In this document: positions 1 through 7,947 of the stretch, in pieces
Layout of the letters: each line of letters starts with the position of its first letter
Numbering within the stretch: the first letter of the stretch is position 1
IMG/VR virus record: IMGVR_UViG_2718217885_000004
Coordinates: 1 to 36,487 of that record
Origin: a virus
Taxonomy: Duplodnaviria > Heunggongvirae > Uroviricota > Caudoviricetes
Strand: one strand, 5' to 3'
Length of the DNA: 36,487 nt
Notes under the pieces: generated by a model
What the model was told of the DNA's origin: nothing
The model's database searches: none
What the model saw: only the letters and a program-made list of their open reading frames with translations
Made by a program: the position numbers and the translations under genes

Positions 1-900
1 TTAACGCAATAATGGACAATCTGGTGGTAATCGACAACGCAACGCCGCCGGAAGTATTTCAATATGAAAGTTTTGTCCGCTCAACGGTTCGCCATCAAGA
101 TTAAAAGTGATTTCGTGTGGGGCTTGTATATCAAACCACGACGAAGCGCCTTCGATAATATTCGGGTTATCTTCGTCAGATTTTAAGGTTGATACGAGAG
201 CCGGAAGAATTTCATCGCCGGTAAAAATGCGCAGTTGCAGCAAGCCATCGTTAATTAACGCGTTCGGACACAATTGCTGACCGCCACCGGCCTGACGCCC
301 GTTACCAATACCAATGACCAGGGCGTCACCTTGCCAGTGAAAGTTTTCACCGCGGATTTCACAACGGTCCGGTTGCAGAGTATCCATGCGCATTAAGCCA
401 TGAATGATGTAAGAGACGCCACCCAGCGCGGCTTTTAATTTTTCCGGCGTTTCTGTGGTAATACGCGTCCCAAATCCGCCTGTCGCCATATTAATAAAAC
501 AGGTTTGTTTGTTGACCTGCGCCATATCTATCGCAATGGCGTTACCGGCAATTGCCAGTTTCAGCGCCTTATCCAGTGCCTCAGGAATCCCTACACTGGT
601 GGCAAAATCATTGGCGGTTCCTAATGGCAAAATTCCCAGCGCGGGTATGTCATCCCCCTCACACTGAATCAACGCCGTAGAAACTTCATTAATGGTGCCA
701 TCGCCACCACCGGCAATCACCGTTGCGACGCCCAACTTCCGGGCCTCCTCTACATATCGTGCGGCATCGCCTTTCTCCCAGGTGACCCGCACATGGATCG
801 TCATTCCTTCCTCACGCAACAGCATAATTGCTTCGCGCAAGGGTAGATTGTCAGTACTTTTGCCATTAAGAATCAGTAAGCTGGCGGGAAATTCTGCCAT
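1..900 (-). CDS. yegS: Lipid kinase YegS (diacylglycerol kinase catalytic-domain family), full length 299 aa
   Basis: Full ORF with stop at 1-3 and ATG at 898-900. Product begins [15 protein letters not shown] and contains the GGDGT motif typical of DAGK-family lipid kinases. Recognised as E. coli YegS from memory. Confidence 0.88.
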   Translation of the reverse strand: MAEFPASLLILNGKSTDNLPLREAIMLLREEGMTIHVRVTWEKGDAARYVEEARKLGVATVIAGGGDGTINEVSTALIQCEGDDIPALGILPLGTANDFATSVGIPEALDKALKLAIAGNAIAIDMAQVNKQTCFINMATGGFGTRITTETPEKLKAALGGVSYIIHGLMRMDTLQPDRCEIRGENFHWQGDALVIGIGNGRQAGGGQQLCPNALINDGLLQLRIFTGDEILPALVSTLKSDEDNPNIIEGASSWFDIQAPHEITFNLDGEPLSGQNFHIEILPAALRCRLPPDCPLLR

Positions 901-1314
901 GATCGTATGTGCCTTTATGATTGGTCTGTAGATAGTGTAGAGCAGAAAACAAAAGGTGGAGTCAGAACAGGATGAAAGTCGGAGGATAAAAAGTCAGTTC
1001 AAGTATGGAGGATTCAGTGGTTACCACCAGGAGCTTGCAATGGGGACAGCGAATACTAACGGCTGCCACCGATAAATTTCAAAAAAGAGCATATGCCTAA
1101 TATTCAACCAAACAGTGGCATCTTAAATATACTATTCCAAATATATTAAAGCCCCCATGGAGTTACCCTGAAGGGCCTCAATGTCCGTAATTCCTACTTA
1201 TGTAGGAAATGTTGTACAGAACATTTATTATAATCCTATTCAATTATAATAATCATGCCATTATTATATTTAAACACTAGAGAGTGTCGTTGGTATTTAA
1301 TGGGGGAAGGTGAG

Positions 1315-1632
1315 ATGAAAAAGATAGCTGCTATATCATTAATTAGTATTTTTATTATGTCTGGTTGTGCTGTGCATAATGATGAGACAAGTATCGGTAA
1401 ATTTGGTCTTGCATATAAAAGTAATATTCAGCGTAAACTCGATAATCAATACTACACCGAAGCCGAAGCTTCTTTAGCCAGGGGCAGAATATCTGGTGCA
1501 GAAAATATAGTAAAAAATGATGCAGCCCATTTCTGTGTTACTCAGGGCAAAAAAATGCAGATAGTTGACCTGAAGACAGAAGGTGCAGGATTACATGGCG
1601 TCGCTCGTCTGACATTCAAATGTGGAGAGTGA
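1315..1632 (+). CDS. yegR: Small lipoprotein (105 aa) with signal peptide and lipobox, YegR-like
   Basis: ATG at 1315 preceded by a purine-rich RBS (gggggaaggtgag). N-terminus MKKIAAISLISIFIMSGC has a lipobox cysteine. AT-rich. The 125-aa track ORF starts at a non-ATG codon upstream. Name is from recalled K-12 gene order and size, not verified. Confidence 0.55.
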   Translation: MKKIAAISLISIFIMSGCAVHNDETSIGKFGLAYKSNIQRKLDNQYYTEAEASLARGRISGAENIVKNDAAHFCVTQGKKMQIVDLKTEGAGLHGVARLTFKCGE

Positions 1633-1790
1633 GAATATTTTTTGGTAAGCATCAAACATGCGCGTTCTGGTTGTGCTTAGCCGGAACCTGTGCGAGCACG
1701 ATGCCGTTACGTGAAAGGCATCGTGCTATGAAGGGAGATTCTATCGATGTGGTCAATGGAAGACGGTGACCAGGGATAGGGCTTATGCAT

Positions 1791-1817
1791 AAAAAATAAG
1801 CCCGTGTAAGGGAGATT
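1791..1817. repeat. attL core, 27-bp direct repeat aaaaaataagcccgtgtaagggagatt
   Basis: Exact 27/27 identity with 34955-34981; flanking bases diverge immediately on both sides. Lies next to the int 3' end. Length matches the 27-bp core I recall for P2. Confidence 0.8.
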
Positions 1818-1896
1818 TAGGGTGTCACCAGTAGGGGCTTTCAACGGTACAATGCGGGTTTGAGCGGCATAAATTACCACTGAAAGCCCTTAAACG

Positions 1897-2910
1897 TTAC
1901 TCTACTGTGGACACTGTGTGGACACTCTCGGCCTCAGTACCACCTCTTAACGGATTAAGAGAAATGGCGTCCTGAAGGTACTCTGGCGCAAAATGAGCGT
2001 AAACCATAGTTTGCTCAATCCGTGTGTGACCTAGTATCCGTTGTAGCGTGATAATACTTCCTCCATTAATCATGAAATGAGTGGCAAAGCTGTGCCTTAG
2101 TGCATGTGTGGCTTGCCCCATTGGCAAATCCGGTTTTATTGCTTTCATTGTTCGTCTGAAGCGAGGGTAATCAGCATCAGGGAATAAAAAACCTCGTTTG
2201 TTATCCGCGATCATTTTGGCAACAGCCTCTGAGATCGGGACGGTGCGTGGTTTGTTTGTTTTCGTTTTAACAAACGTGACGCGGTTATGGATGATATTTT
2301 CTGCTTTCAAACGAGCTGCTTCTCCCCAACGTGCTCCAGTACTCAGGCAAAGAATCGCAATCTTTTTGTTGTCGCCGTCAAGAGCCGCAAGCAGTAAGGC
2401 AATTTCTTCCTGCGTGAGATAGCCTGTGTCTGGTTTTTCCTCCTTAAGCCTTTTTGTCCCTCTGATAGGGTGCTCACCAAAGAATAACTCCGCTTCAATC
2501 AGGGCTGTAAACATGCCGCTAATACATGTCAAATCACGATTGATACTCGAAGGTTTAATACCCTGGCTTCTTCGGGTGGCGCAGTACTGGCTGATAAGCG
2601 ATTTCGTAATTTGAAATGCGCATGGGTCATTCGTTATTTTTGTGAAGATTTCAATTTTTCCAAGATTAGATTTCCCATGCTCTTCGTGTTTACCCTTTAA
2701 ATCCCACCAGATCTGTGTCAGCTCCGACAGACGTCGCTTGTCTGTTGGTTTTGATAGCCATTCTTTATTGTGGTGGTTGTACAACGTGTATTTCTCGAAA
2801 GCGACAGCTTCGCTTTTCTTATCAAACTTCCTACGGATGCGTTTTCCATTACGTCCAGTAGGGCGGATGTCCACTTCATATCGACCATCATCGAGTTTTT
2901 TGATTGCCAT
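1897..2910 (-). CDS. int: Tyrosine integrase, P2 Int-like, 337 aa
   Basis: C-terminal catalytic signature HALRHSFATHF...LGHTRIEQTMVYAH (R..H-x-x-R...Y). Adjacent to the att core. Length equals P2 Int. Confidence 0.9.
   Translation of the reverse strand: MAIKKLDDGRYEVDIRPTGRNGKRIRRKFDKKSEAVAFEKYTLYNHHNKEWLSKPTDKRRLSELTQIWWDLKGKHEEHGKSNLGKIEIFTKITNDPCAFQITKSLISQYCATRRSQGIKPSSINRDLTCISGMFTALIEAELFFGEHPIRGTKRLKEEKPDTGYLTQEEIALLLAALDGDNKKIAILCLSTGARWGEAARLKAENIIHNRVTFVKTKTNKPRTVPISEAVAKMIADNKRGFLFPDADYPRFRRTMKAIKPDLPMGQATHALRHSFATHFMINGGSIITLQRILGHTRIEQTMVYAHFAPEYLQDAISLNPLRGGTEAESVHTVSTVE
1906..1926. promoter_or_regulatory. Candidate Int arm-type binding sites (P' arm): two direct repeats tgtggacact with 11-bp period
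   Basis: Direct repeat seen in sequence about 90 bp from the core, overlapping the 3' end of int. A similar TGTGG(A/T)C pair with the same 11-bp period occurs at the other prophage end. Confidence 0.4.
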
Positions 2911-3025
2911 CAGAAAACCCTCCGAGTGGTGTGTTTTTTTGCGACTACTAATCGCTTTTTTCGTGGTGGCTGAAATTTAGCCACCAATAGTAGGCACTTG
3001 TAATGAATATATTCACGATGAATTG

Positions 3026-3325
3026 TTAACCAGTCTTTTGACCGGAGTGGGGCGACGTTGTTTCGTTTTGCCCAAAGTGTGCGAGAGCGGGCGCAATTTG
3101 CCCGGACTCAGGAGCGATCTGGTTGGTCATGAACCATAAAGTGTATTTGGTGAATTGTGGGGTCTGCAGGATGTTCATCATGACATCTGTTGGAGGTGTT
3201 GAACGACCACTTTCATAGTAACTCAGCGTGCCATACGGAACCCCTGTTAAATCAGCAAGTTGTTGTCTGCTCAAATACTCTGATTTTCGCATTAAGACTA
3301 TCTTCTCGCTTATCGTGTTTGACAT
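3026..3325 (-). CDS. C: Immunity repressor, P2 C-like, 99 aa
   Basis: HTH segment LSRQQLADLTGVPYGTLSYYESG. Divergent from cox across a short control region. 99 aa as in P2 C. Confidence 0.8.
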   Translation of the reverse strand: MSNTISEKIVLMRKSEYLSRQQLADLTGVPYGTLSYYESGRSTPPTDVMMNILQTPQFTKYTLWFMTNQIAPESGQIAPALAHFGQNETTSPHSGQKTG

Positions 3326-3439
3326 GGTGTTTAGATCTCAATAGTATTTAGTTTAGATGTAGATTGTTTAGTGCTTGGATGTGGGCACTAAAAGGCATTA
3401 TAAGGCATTAAACGCAATTCATGAGGGCTAGAGGACGAC
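3326..3439. promoter_or_regulatory. Early lysis-lysogeny switch region (divergent Pc/Pe promoters and operator)
   Basis: 114-bp AT-rich spacer between divergent C and cox. Contains direct repeats (tttag three times; agatgtag/ggatgtgg; aggcatta twice). Exact promoter and operator positions not determined. Confidence 0.5.
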
Positions 3440-3715
3440 ATGAGCAAGCAAGTAACACTCATGACTGATGCGATTCCTTATCAGGAGTTCGCAAAACTAA
3501 TAGGAAAATCGACAGGAGCGGTTCGTCGGATGATCGATAAAGGAAAGCTGCCTGTAATTGATATGACCGATCCACAATCAGCTTCAGGTCGTGCAGGTGA
3601 ATATTGGGTATACCTTCCGGCATGGAATAACGGACTAAAACTGGCTTATGAAAGCCGTCCTAAAGAGATTCGTGACGGCTGGTTGATGTGGTTAGGTCTC
3701 GGTGAACCACGTTAA
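3440..3715 (+). CDS. cox: Cox-like excisionase / early transcriptional regulator, 91 aa
   Basis: First gene of the rightward early operon opposite C. RBS gagga upstream. 91 aa as in P2 Cox. Confidence 0.75.
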   Translation: MSKQVTLMTDAIPYQEFAKLIGKSTGAVRRMIDKGKLPVIDMTDPQSASGRAGEYWVYLPAWNNGLKLAYESRPKEIRDGWLMWLGLGEPR

Positions 3716-3725
3716 GGAGAATCGT

Positions 3726-3896
3726 ATGAATGAGCCTCGTTGTATTGCTCAGTTATTGCGTAACGAAAGCCCCAGGGCGATTGACTTCACCATCACCCAC
3801 GGTAAGGGGCGTAAGGGAATCATTATCCGCACCAAAAAACAGAGTCCGTTAAAAAAGGCTCTGACCTTTCTGAAAAGCCGGAGGGTCTGGAAATGA
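3726..3896 (+). CDS. Small early-operon protein, 56 aa (P2 orf78-like)
   Basis: ATG at 3726 with aaggag RBS. Stop overlaps the B start (ATGA). The track ORF 3702-3896 starts at an upstream GTG. Confidence 0.5.
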   Translation: MNEPRCIAQLLRNESPRAIDFTITHGKGRKGIIIRTKKQSPLKKALTFLKSRRVWK

Positions 3897-4393
3897 CAGT
3901 GATGACGCTCAATCTCGTCGAAAAACAGCCAGCAGCTATGCGCCGGATAATTGGTAAGCATCTTGCCGTCCCTCGCTGGCAGGATACATGTGATTATTAT
4001 AATCAGATGATGGAGCGCGAACGGCTAACAGTTTGCTTTCATGCGCAGTTAAAACAACGTCACGCAACGATGCGTTTTGAAGAAATGAACGACGTCGAAC
4101 GTGAACGGCTGGTTTGTGCAATTGATGAACTGCGTGGGGCATTCTCAAAACGCCGTCAGGTTGGCGCAAGTGAGTATGCATATATTAGTTTTTTAACCGT
4201 CAGTCAGCGCCGTACTTTATTTATGCACGCACGACTGACAGAAAAAGAATTTAACCAGCCATACTGGCGAATTAATGAAGAATCATGTTACTGGCGTGAT
4301 GCTTTATTCCGTGCATTACGTGAATTATTCAGCCTGTTTGAGTATGCGCCGACAATTCTGACGTCGGTAAAACCAGAGCAATATCTGCATTAA
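3893..4393 (+). CDS. B: Replication protein B-like, 166 aa
   Basis: Position after cox and 166-aa length match P2 B. RBS ggaggg upstream. Confidence 0.65.
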   Translation: MTVMTLNLVEKQPAAMRRIIGKHLAVPRWQDTCDYYNQMMERERLTVCFHAQLKQRHATMRFEEMNDVERERLVCAIDELRGAFSKRRQVGASEYAYISFLTVSQRRTLFMHARLTEKEFNQPYWRINEESCYWRDALFRALRELFSLFEYAPTILTSVKPEQYLH

Positions 4394-4456
4394 GTAATTA
4401 ACCAGAGTTTTTAACGCACTTAATTGTGCGGGGCTTCTTTTTGCCTGGAGAAAGTC

Positions 4457-4681
4457 ATGCATACAGTTTCTGAAAATCAGTGCGGTATATACGCATTACT
4501 GCTGCAACAGGCCAGAACCGAAGCACAGGCCGACGCTGCGACGCGCTTTTCTTCTCATCTTGACGCCATGATTCGCCACATCACAAAGGCGGAGTTATCC
4601 CGCGTGGAGATAGTCGAGCTGCTCAGTCAGGAGTCGGAAAAATTTCACAATATCGGATTGTCTCGCGGGGAGGTACTTTGA
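4457..4681 (+). CDS. Small early protein, 74 aa (P2 orf80-like)
   Basis: ATG at 4457 with ggagaaag RBS. Translationally coupled to the next ORF (ATGA overlap). Confidence 0.5.
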
Positions 4682-4983
4682 TGTCTTGTTCTCGTTCGGT
4701 TGTATTACTGAATAACGCCTTAAAAATCGCCGTTATGAAAAATGGTGATTTGTCTCTTATTCAACTTGGTATTGATAAAGAGAAGCGCGAAATAACTGAA
4801 TCTGTTATCGCAATTTATCAGAGTGAATTAAACCTCCTGTCTGATGTGGTCAATTTACTTGTTAAACGCGCTGTATTCCACAAGCAAGTTTCCTCAGTGG
4901 ATGAACTGACAAAATTAATGACAGAACTCGCCAGTTATTGCGCTGATGAATTTAAGAAGCTGAACGACAAAAGGAGCTGGTAA
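4681..4983 (+). CDS. Small early protein, 100 aa (P2 orf81-like)
   Basis: ATG at 4681 with ggggagg RBS. Overlaps neighbouring ORFs on both sides. Confidence 0.5.
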   Translation: MSCSRSVVLLNNALKIAVMKNGDLSLIQLGIDKEKREITESVIAIYQSELNLLSDVVNLLVKRAVFHKQVSSVDELTKLMTELASYCADEFKKLNDKRSW

Positions 4984-5207
4984 TGCCGGACAACGTAGAT
5001 TTTATTCAGGAACAACAGGCTGAATTACTGGAGCGCCAGATTAACGCGGCAAGGGTAAAACATTGCTGTGCTTCTGCGCTGGTTTGCGAAGAGTGTGACG
5101 CGCCAATACCTGCTGCCCGTCGTGCGGCTTATCCGTCAGCCACGCGTTGTGTTTCCTGTCAGTCAGTCTTTGAAGCAAAAAACAAACATTACCGGAGAAC
5201 GGCATGA
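4983..5207 (+). CDS. TraR/DksA-type C4 zinc-finger protein, 74 aa (P2 orf82-like)
   Basis: CEEC-x17-CVSC cysteine pattern. Sits in the coupled early operon. Confidence 0.6.
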   Translation: MPDNVDFIQEQQAELLERQINAARVKHCCASALVCEECDAPIPAARRAAYPSATRCVSCQSVFEAKNKHYRRTA

Positions 5208-5479
5208 GTATTCGTATTGAAATTGGCGAACGTTATGTCGTTACCAGTGACAGCTTTCAGTTTATTCTCCACGAGAAAAAGAGAGCGGAAAGCGGTAAAA
5301 ACGCCGGTCAGGAATGGCTGGCGGTGGTTGGTTATTACCCGAAATTAAGCCAGCTCGTTTCCGGCCTGATGCATCACGATATTCTGACCGGAAGCGCAAA
5401 GTCTTTTGCTGATTTAAACGCGCAGGTTGAGCAACTCAGCAGGCGTTGTTCAGAGGCTTTTGGCTCATATGGCCGTTAA
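5204..5479 (+). CDS. Small early protein, 91 aa (P2 orf83-like)
   Basis: ATG at 5204 with ggagaa RBS. Overlaps the A start. Confidence 0.5.
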   Translation: MSIRIEIGERYVVTSDSFQFILHEKKRAESGKNAGQEWLAVVGYYPKLSQLVSGLMHHDILTGSAKSFADLNAQVEQLSRRCSEAFGSYGR

Positions 5480-7742
5480 AGCCTCCGGGCGTTTTGTCCC
5501 TCCGTCAGCATTTGCCGCAGGCACCGGTAAGACGTTTGCCGGTGCTTATGCATGGAACGCGCCACGCGAGGCTGTCGGGCGCGAAAGACCCCTTACACGT
5601 GATGAGATGCGTCAGGTGCAAGGTGTTTTATCCACGATTAACCGCCTGCCTTACTTTTTGCGCTCGCTGTTTACTTCACGCTATGACTACATCCGGCGCA
5701 ATAAAAGCCCGGTGCACGGGTTTTATTTCCTCACATCCACTTTTCAGCGTCGTTTATGGCCGCGCATTGAGCGTGTGAATCAGCGCCATGAAATGAACAC
5801 CGACGCGTCGTTGCTGTTTCTGGCAGAGCGCGACCAGTATGCGCGTCTGCCGGGGATGAATGACAAGGAGCTGAAAAAGTTTGCCGCCCGTATCTCATCG
5901 CAGCTTTTCATGATGTATGAGGAACTCTGCGATGCCTGGGTGGATGCGCATGGCGAAAAAGAATCGCTGTTTACGGATGAGGCGCAGGATCATCTGTATG
6001 GTCATGTTGCTGGCGCTGCACGTGCTTTCAATATTTCCCCGCTCTACTGGAAAAAATACCGTAAAGGACAGATAACCACGAGGCAGGCATATTCTGCCAT
6101 TGCCCGTCTGTTTAACGATGAGTGGTGGACTCATCAGCTTAAAGGCCAGCGTATGCGCTGGCATGAGGCGTTACTGATTGCTGTCGGGGAGGTGAATAAA
6201 GACCGTTCTCCTTATGCCAGTAAACATGCCATTCGTGATGTACGTGCACGCCGCCAGGCAAATCTGGAATTTCTTAAATCGTGTGACCTTGAAAACAGGG
6301 AAACCGGCGAGCGCATCGACCTTATCAGTAAGGTGATGGGCAGTATTTCTAATCCTGAAATTCGCCGGATGGAGCTGATGAACACCATTGCCGGTATTGA
6401 GCGTTACGCCGCCGCAGAGGGTGATGTGGGGATGTTTATCACGCTGACCGCGCCGTCAAAGTATCACCCGACACGTCAGGTCGGAAAAGGCGAAAGTAAA
6501 ACCGTTCAGCTTAATCACGGCTGGAACGATGAGGCATTTAATCCAAAGGATGCGCAGCGTTATCTCTGCCGTATCTGGAGCCTGATGCGGACGGCATTCA
6601 AGGATAATGATTTACAGGTCTACGGTTTGCGTGTCGTTGAGCCACACCACGACGGAACGCCGCACTGGCATATGATGCTTTTTTGTAATCCACGCCAGCG
6701 TAACCAGATTATCGAAATCATGCGTCGCTATGCGCTCAAAGAGGATGGTGACGAAAGAGGCGCTGCGCGAAACCGTTTTCAGGCAAAACACCTTAACCGG
6801 GGCGGTGCTGCGGGATATATCGCGAAATACATCTCAAAAAACATCGACGGCTATGCACTGGATGGTCAGCTCGATAACGATACTGGCAGGCCGCTGAAAG
6901 ATACTGCCGCGGCTGTTACCGCATGGGCGTCAACGTGGCGCATTCCGCAATTTAAAACGGTTGGCCTGCCGACAATGGGGGCTTACCGTGAACTACGCAA
7001 ATTGCCTCGCGGCGTCAGCATTGCTGATGAGTTTGACGAACGCGTCGAGGCTGCACGCGCCGCCGCAGACAGTGGTGATTTTGCGTTGTATATCAGCGCG
7101 CAGGGTGGGGCAAATGTCCCGCGCGATTGTCAGACTGTCAGGGTCGCCCGTAGCCCGTCGGATGACGTTAACGAGTATGAGGAAGAAGTCGAGAGAGTGG
7201 TCGGCATTTACGCGCCGCATCTCGGCGCGCGTCATATTCATATCACCAGAACGACGGACTGGCGCATTGTGCCGAAAGTTCCGGTCGTTGAGCCTTTGAC
7301 TTTAAAAAGCGGCATCGCCGCGCCTCGGAGTCCTGTCAATAACTGTGGAAAGCTCACCGGTGGTGATACTTCGTTACCGGCTCCCACGCCTTCTGAGCAC
7401 GCCGCAGCAGTGCTTAATCTGGTTGATGACGGTGTTATCGAATGGAATGACCCGGAGGTCGTGAGGGCGCTCAGAAGCGCATTAAAACACGGCCTGAGAA
7501 GACCAAACCGTCAGCAAAGAAACGGAAGCCCGTTAAAACCGCATGAAATAGCGCCATCGGCCAGACTTACCCGGTCGGAACGAATGCAAATTACCCGTAT
7601 CCGCGTTGACCTTGCTCAGAACGGTATCAGGCCGCAGCGATGGGAGCTTGAGGCGCTGGCGCGTGGGGCAACCGTAAATTATGACGGGAAAAAATTCACG
7701 TATCCGATTGCTGAAGAGTGGTCGGGATTTTCCTCAAACTAA
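5469..7742 (+). CDS. A: Rolling-circle replication initiator, P2 gpA-like (HUH endonuclease)
   Basis: HUH motif in GTPHWHMMLF and tyrosine motif YIAKYISK. Likely ATG at 5469 (MAVKASG); the track ORF starts at an upstream TTG at 5427. Confidence 0.85.
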   Translation: MAVKASGRFVPPSAFAAGTGKTFAGAYAWNAPREAVGRERPLTRDEMRQVQGVLSTINRLPYFLRSLFTSRYDYIRRNKSPVHGFYFLTSTFQRRLWPRIERVNQRHEMNTDASLLFLAERDQYARLPGMNDKELKKFAARISSQLFMMYEELCDAWVDAHGEKESLFTDEAQDHLYGHVAGAARAFNISPLYWKKYRKGQITTRQAYSAIARLFNDEWWTHQLKGQRMRWHEALLIAVGEVNKDRSPYASKHAIRDVRARRQANLEFLKSCDLENRETGERIDLISKVMGSISNPEIRRMELMNTIAGIERYAAAEGDVGMFITLTAPSKYHPTRQVGKGESKTVQLNHGWNDEAFNPKDAQRYLCRIWSLMRTAFKDNDLQVYGLRVVEPHHDGTPHWHMMLFCNPRQRNQIIEIMRRYALKEDGDERGAARNRFQAKHLNRGGAAGYIAKYISKNIDGYALDGQLDNDTGRPLKDTAAAVTAWASTWRIPQFKTVGLPTMGAYRELRKLPRGVSIADEFDERVEAARAAADSGDFALYISAQGGANVPRDCQTVRVARSPSDDVNEYEEEVERVVGIYAPHLGARHIHITRTTDWRIVPKVPVVEPLTLKSGIAAPRSPVNNCGKLTGGDTSLPAPTPSEHAAAVLNLVDDGVIEWNDPEVVRALRSALKHGLRRPNRQQRNGSPLKPHEIAPSARLTRSERMQITRIRVDLAQNGIRPQRWELEALARGATVNYDGKKFTYPIAEEWSGFSSN

Positions 7743-7914
7743 TAATGATGTTTGACAAAGAGATGTTGATGAGACTAAAAATTTTATTTGTCTGTATAAC
7801 CATTCGGTTAGAGTACAATAGTTCCGAGTGATAGGAATACAAATAATGACTAAGTTTTCAATATGCGATTGTTATGGGTTGAATTAAAGGTAAATAACTA
7901 TGTTAAATAATATA

Positions 7915-7947
7915 GGGCAAGAGGGGGTTCTTGCCCTTTGTTTATTT
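7915..7947. terminator. Candidate bidirectional intrinsic terminator between convergent A operon and SIR2 cargo gene
   Basis: Hairpin gggcaaga / tcttgccc with loop ggggt, followed by tttgtttattt on plus and an A/T-rich run on minus. Confidence 0.5.

Noticed and set aside
1791-1817. tRNA or tmRNA gene as integration target
   Set aside because: No cloverleaf-like structure or tRNA-like sequence around either att core. The duplicated segment is a 27-bp core in intergenic DNA.
5446-5778. 110-aa ORF overlapping the 5' end of A in another frame
   Set aside because: Out-of-frame overlap with the conserved replication initiator; Cys/Arg-rich product with no start signal.
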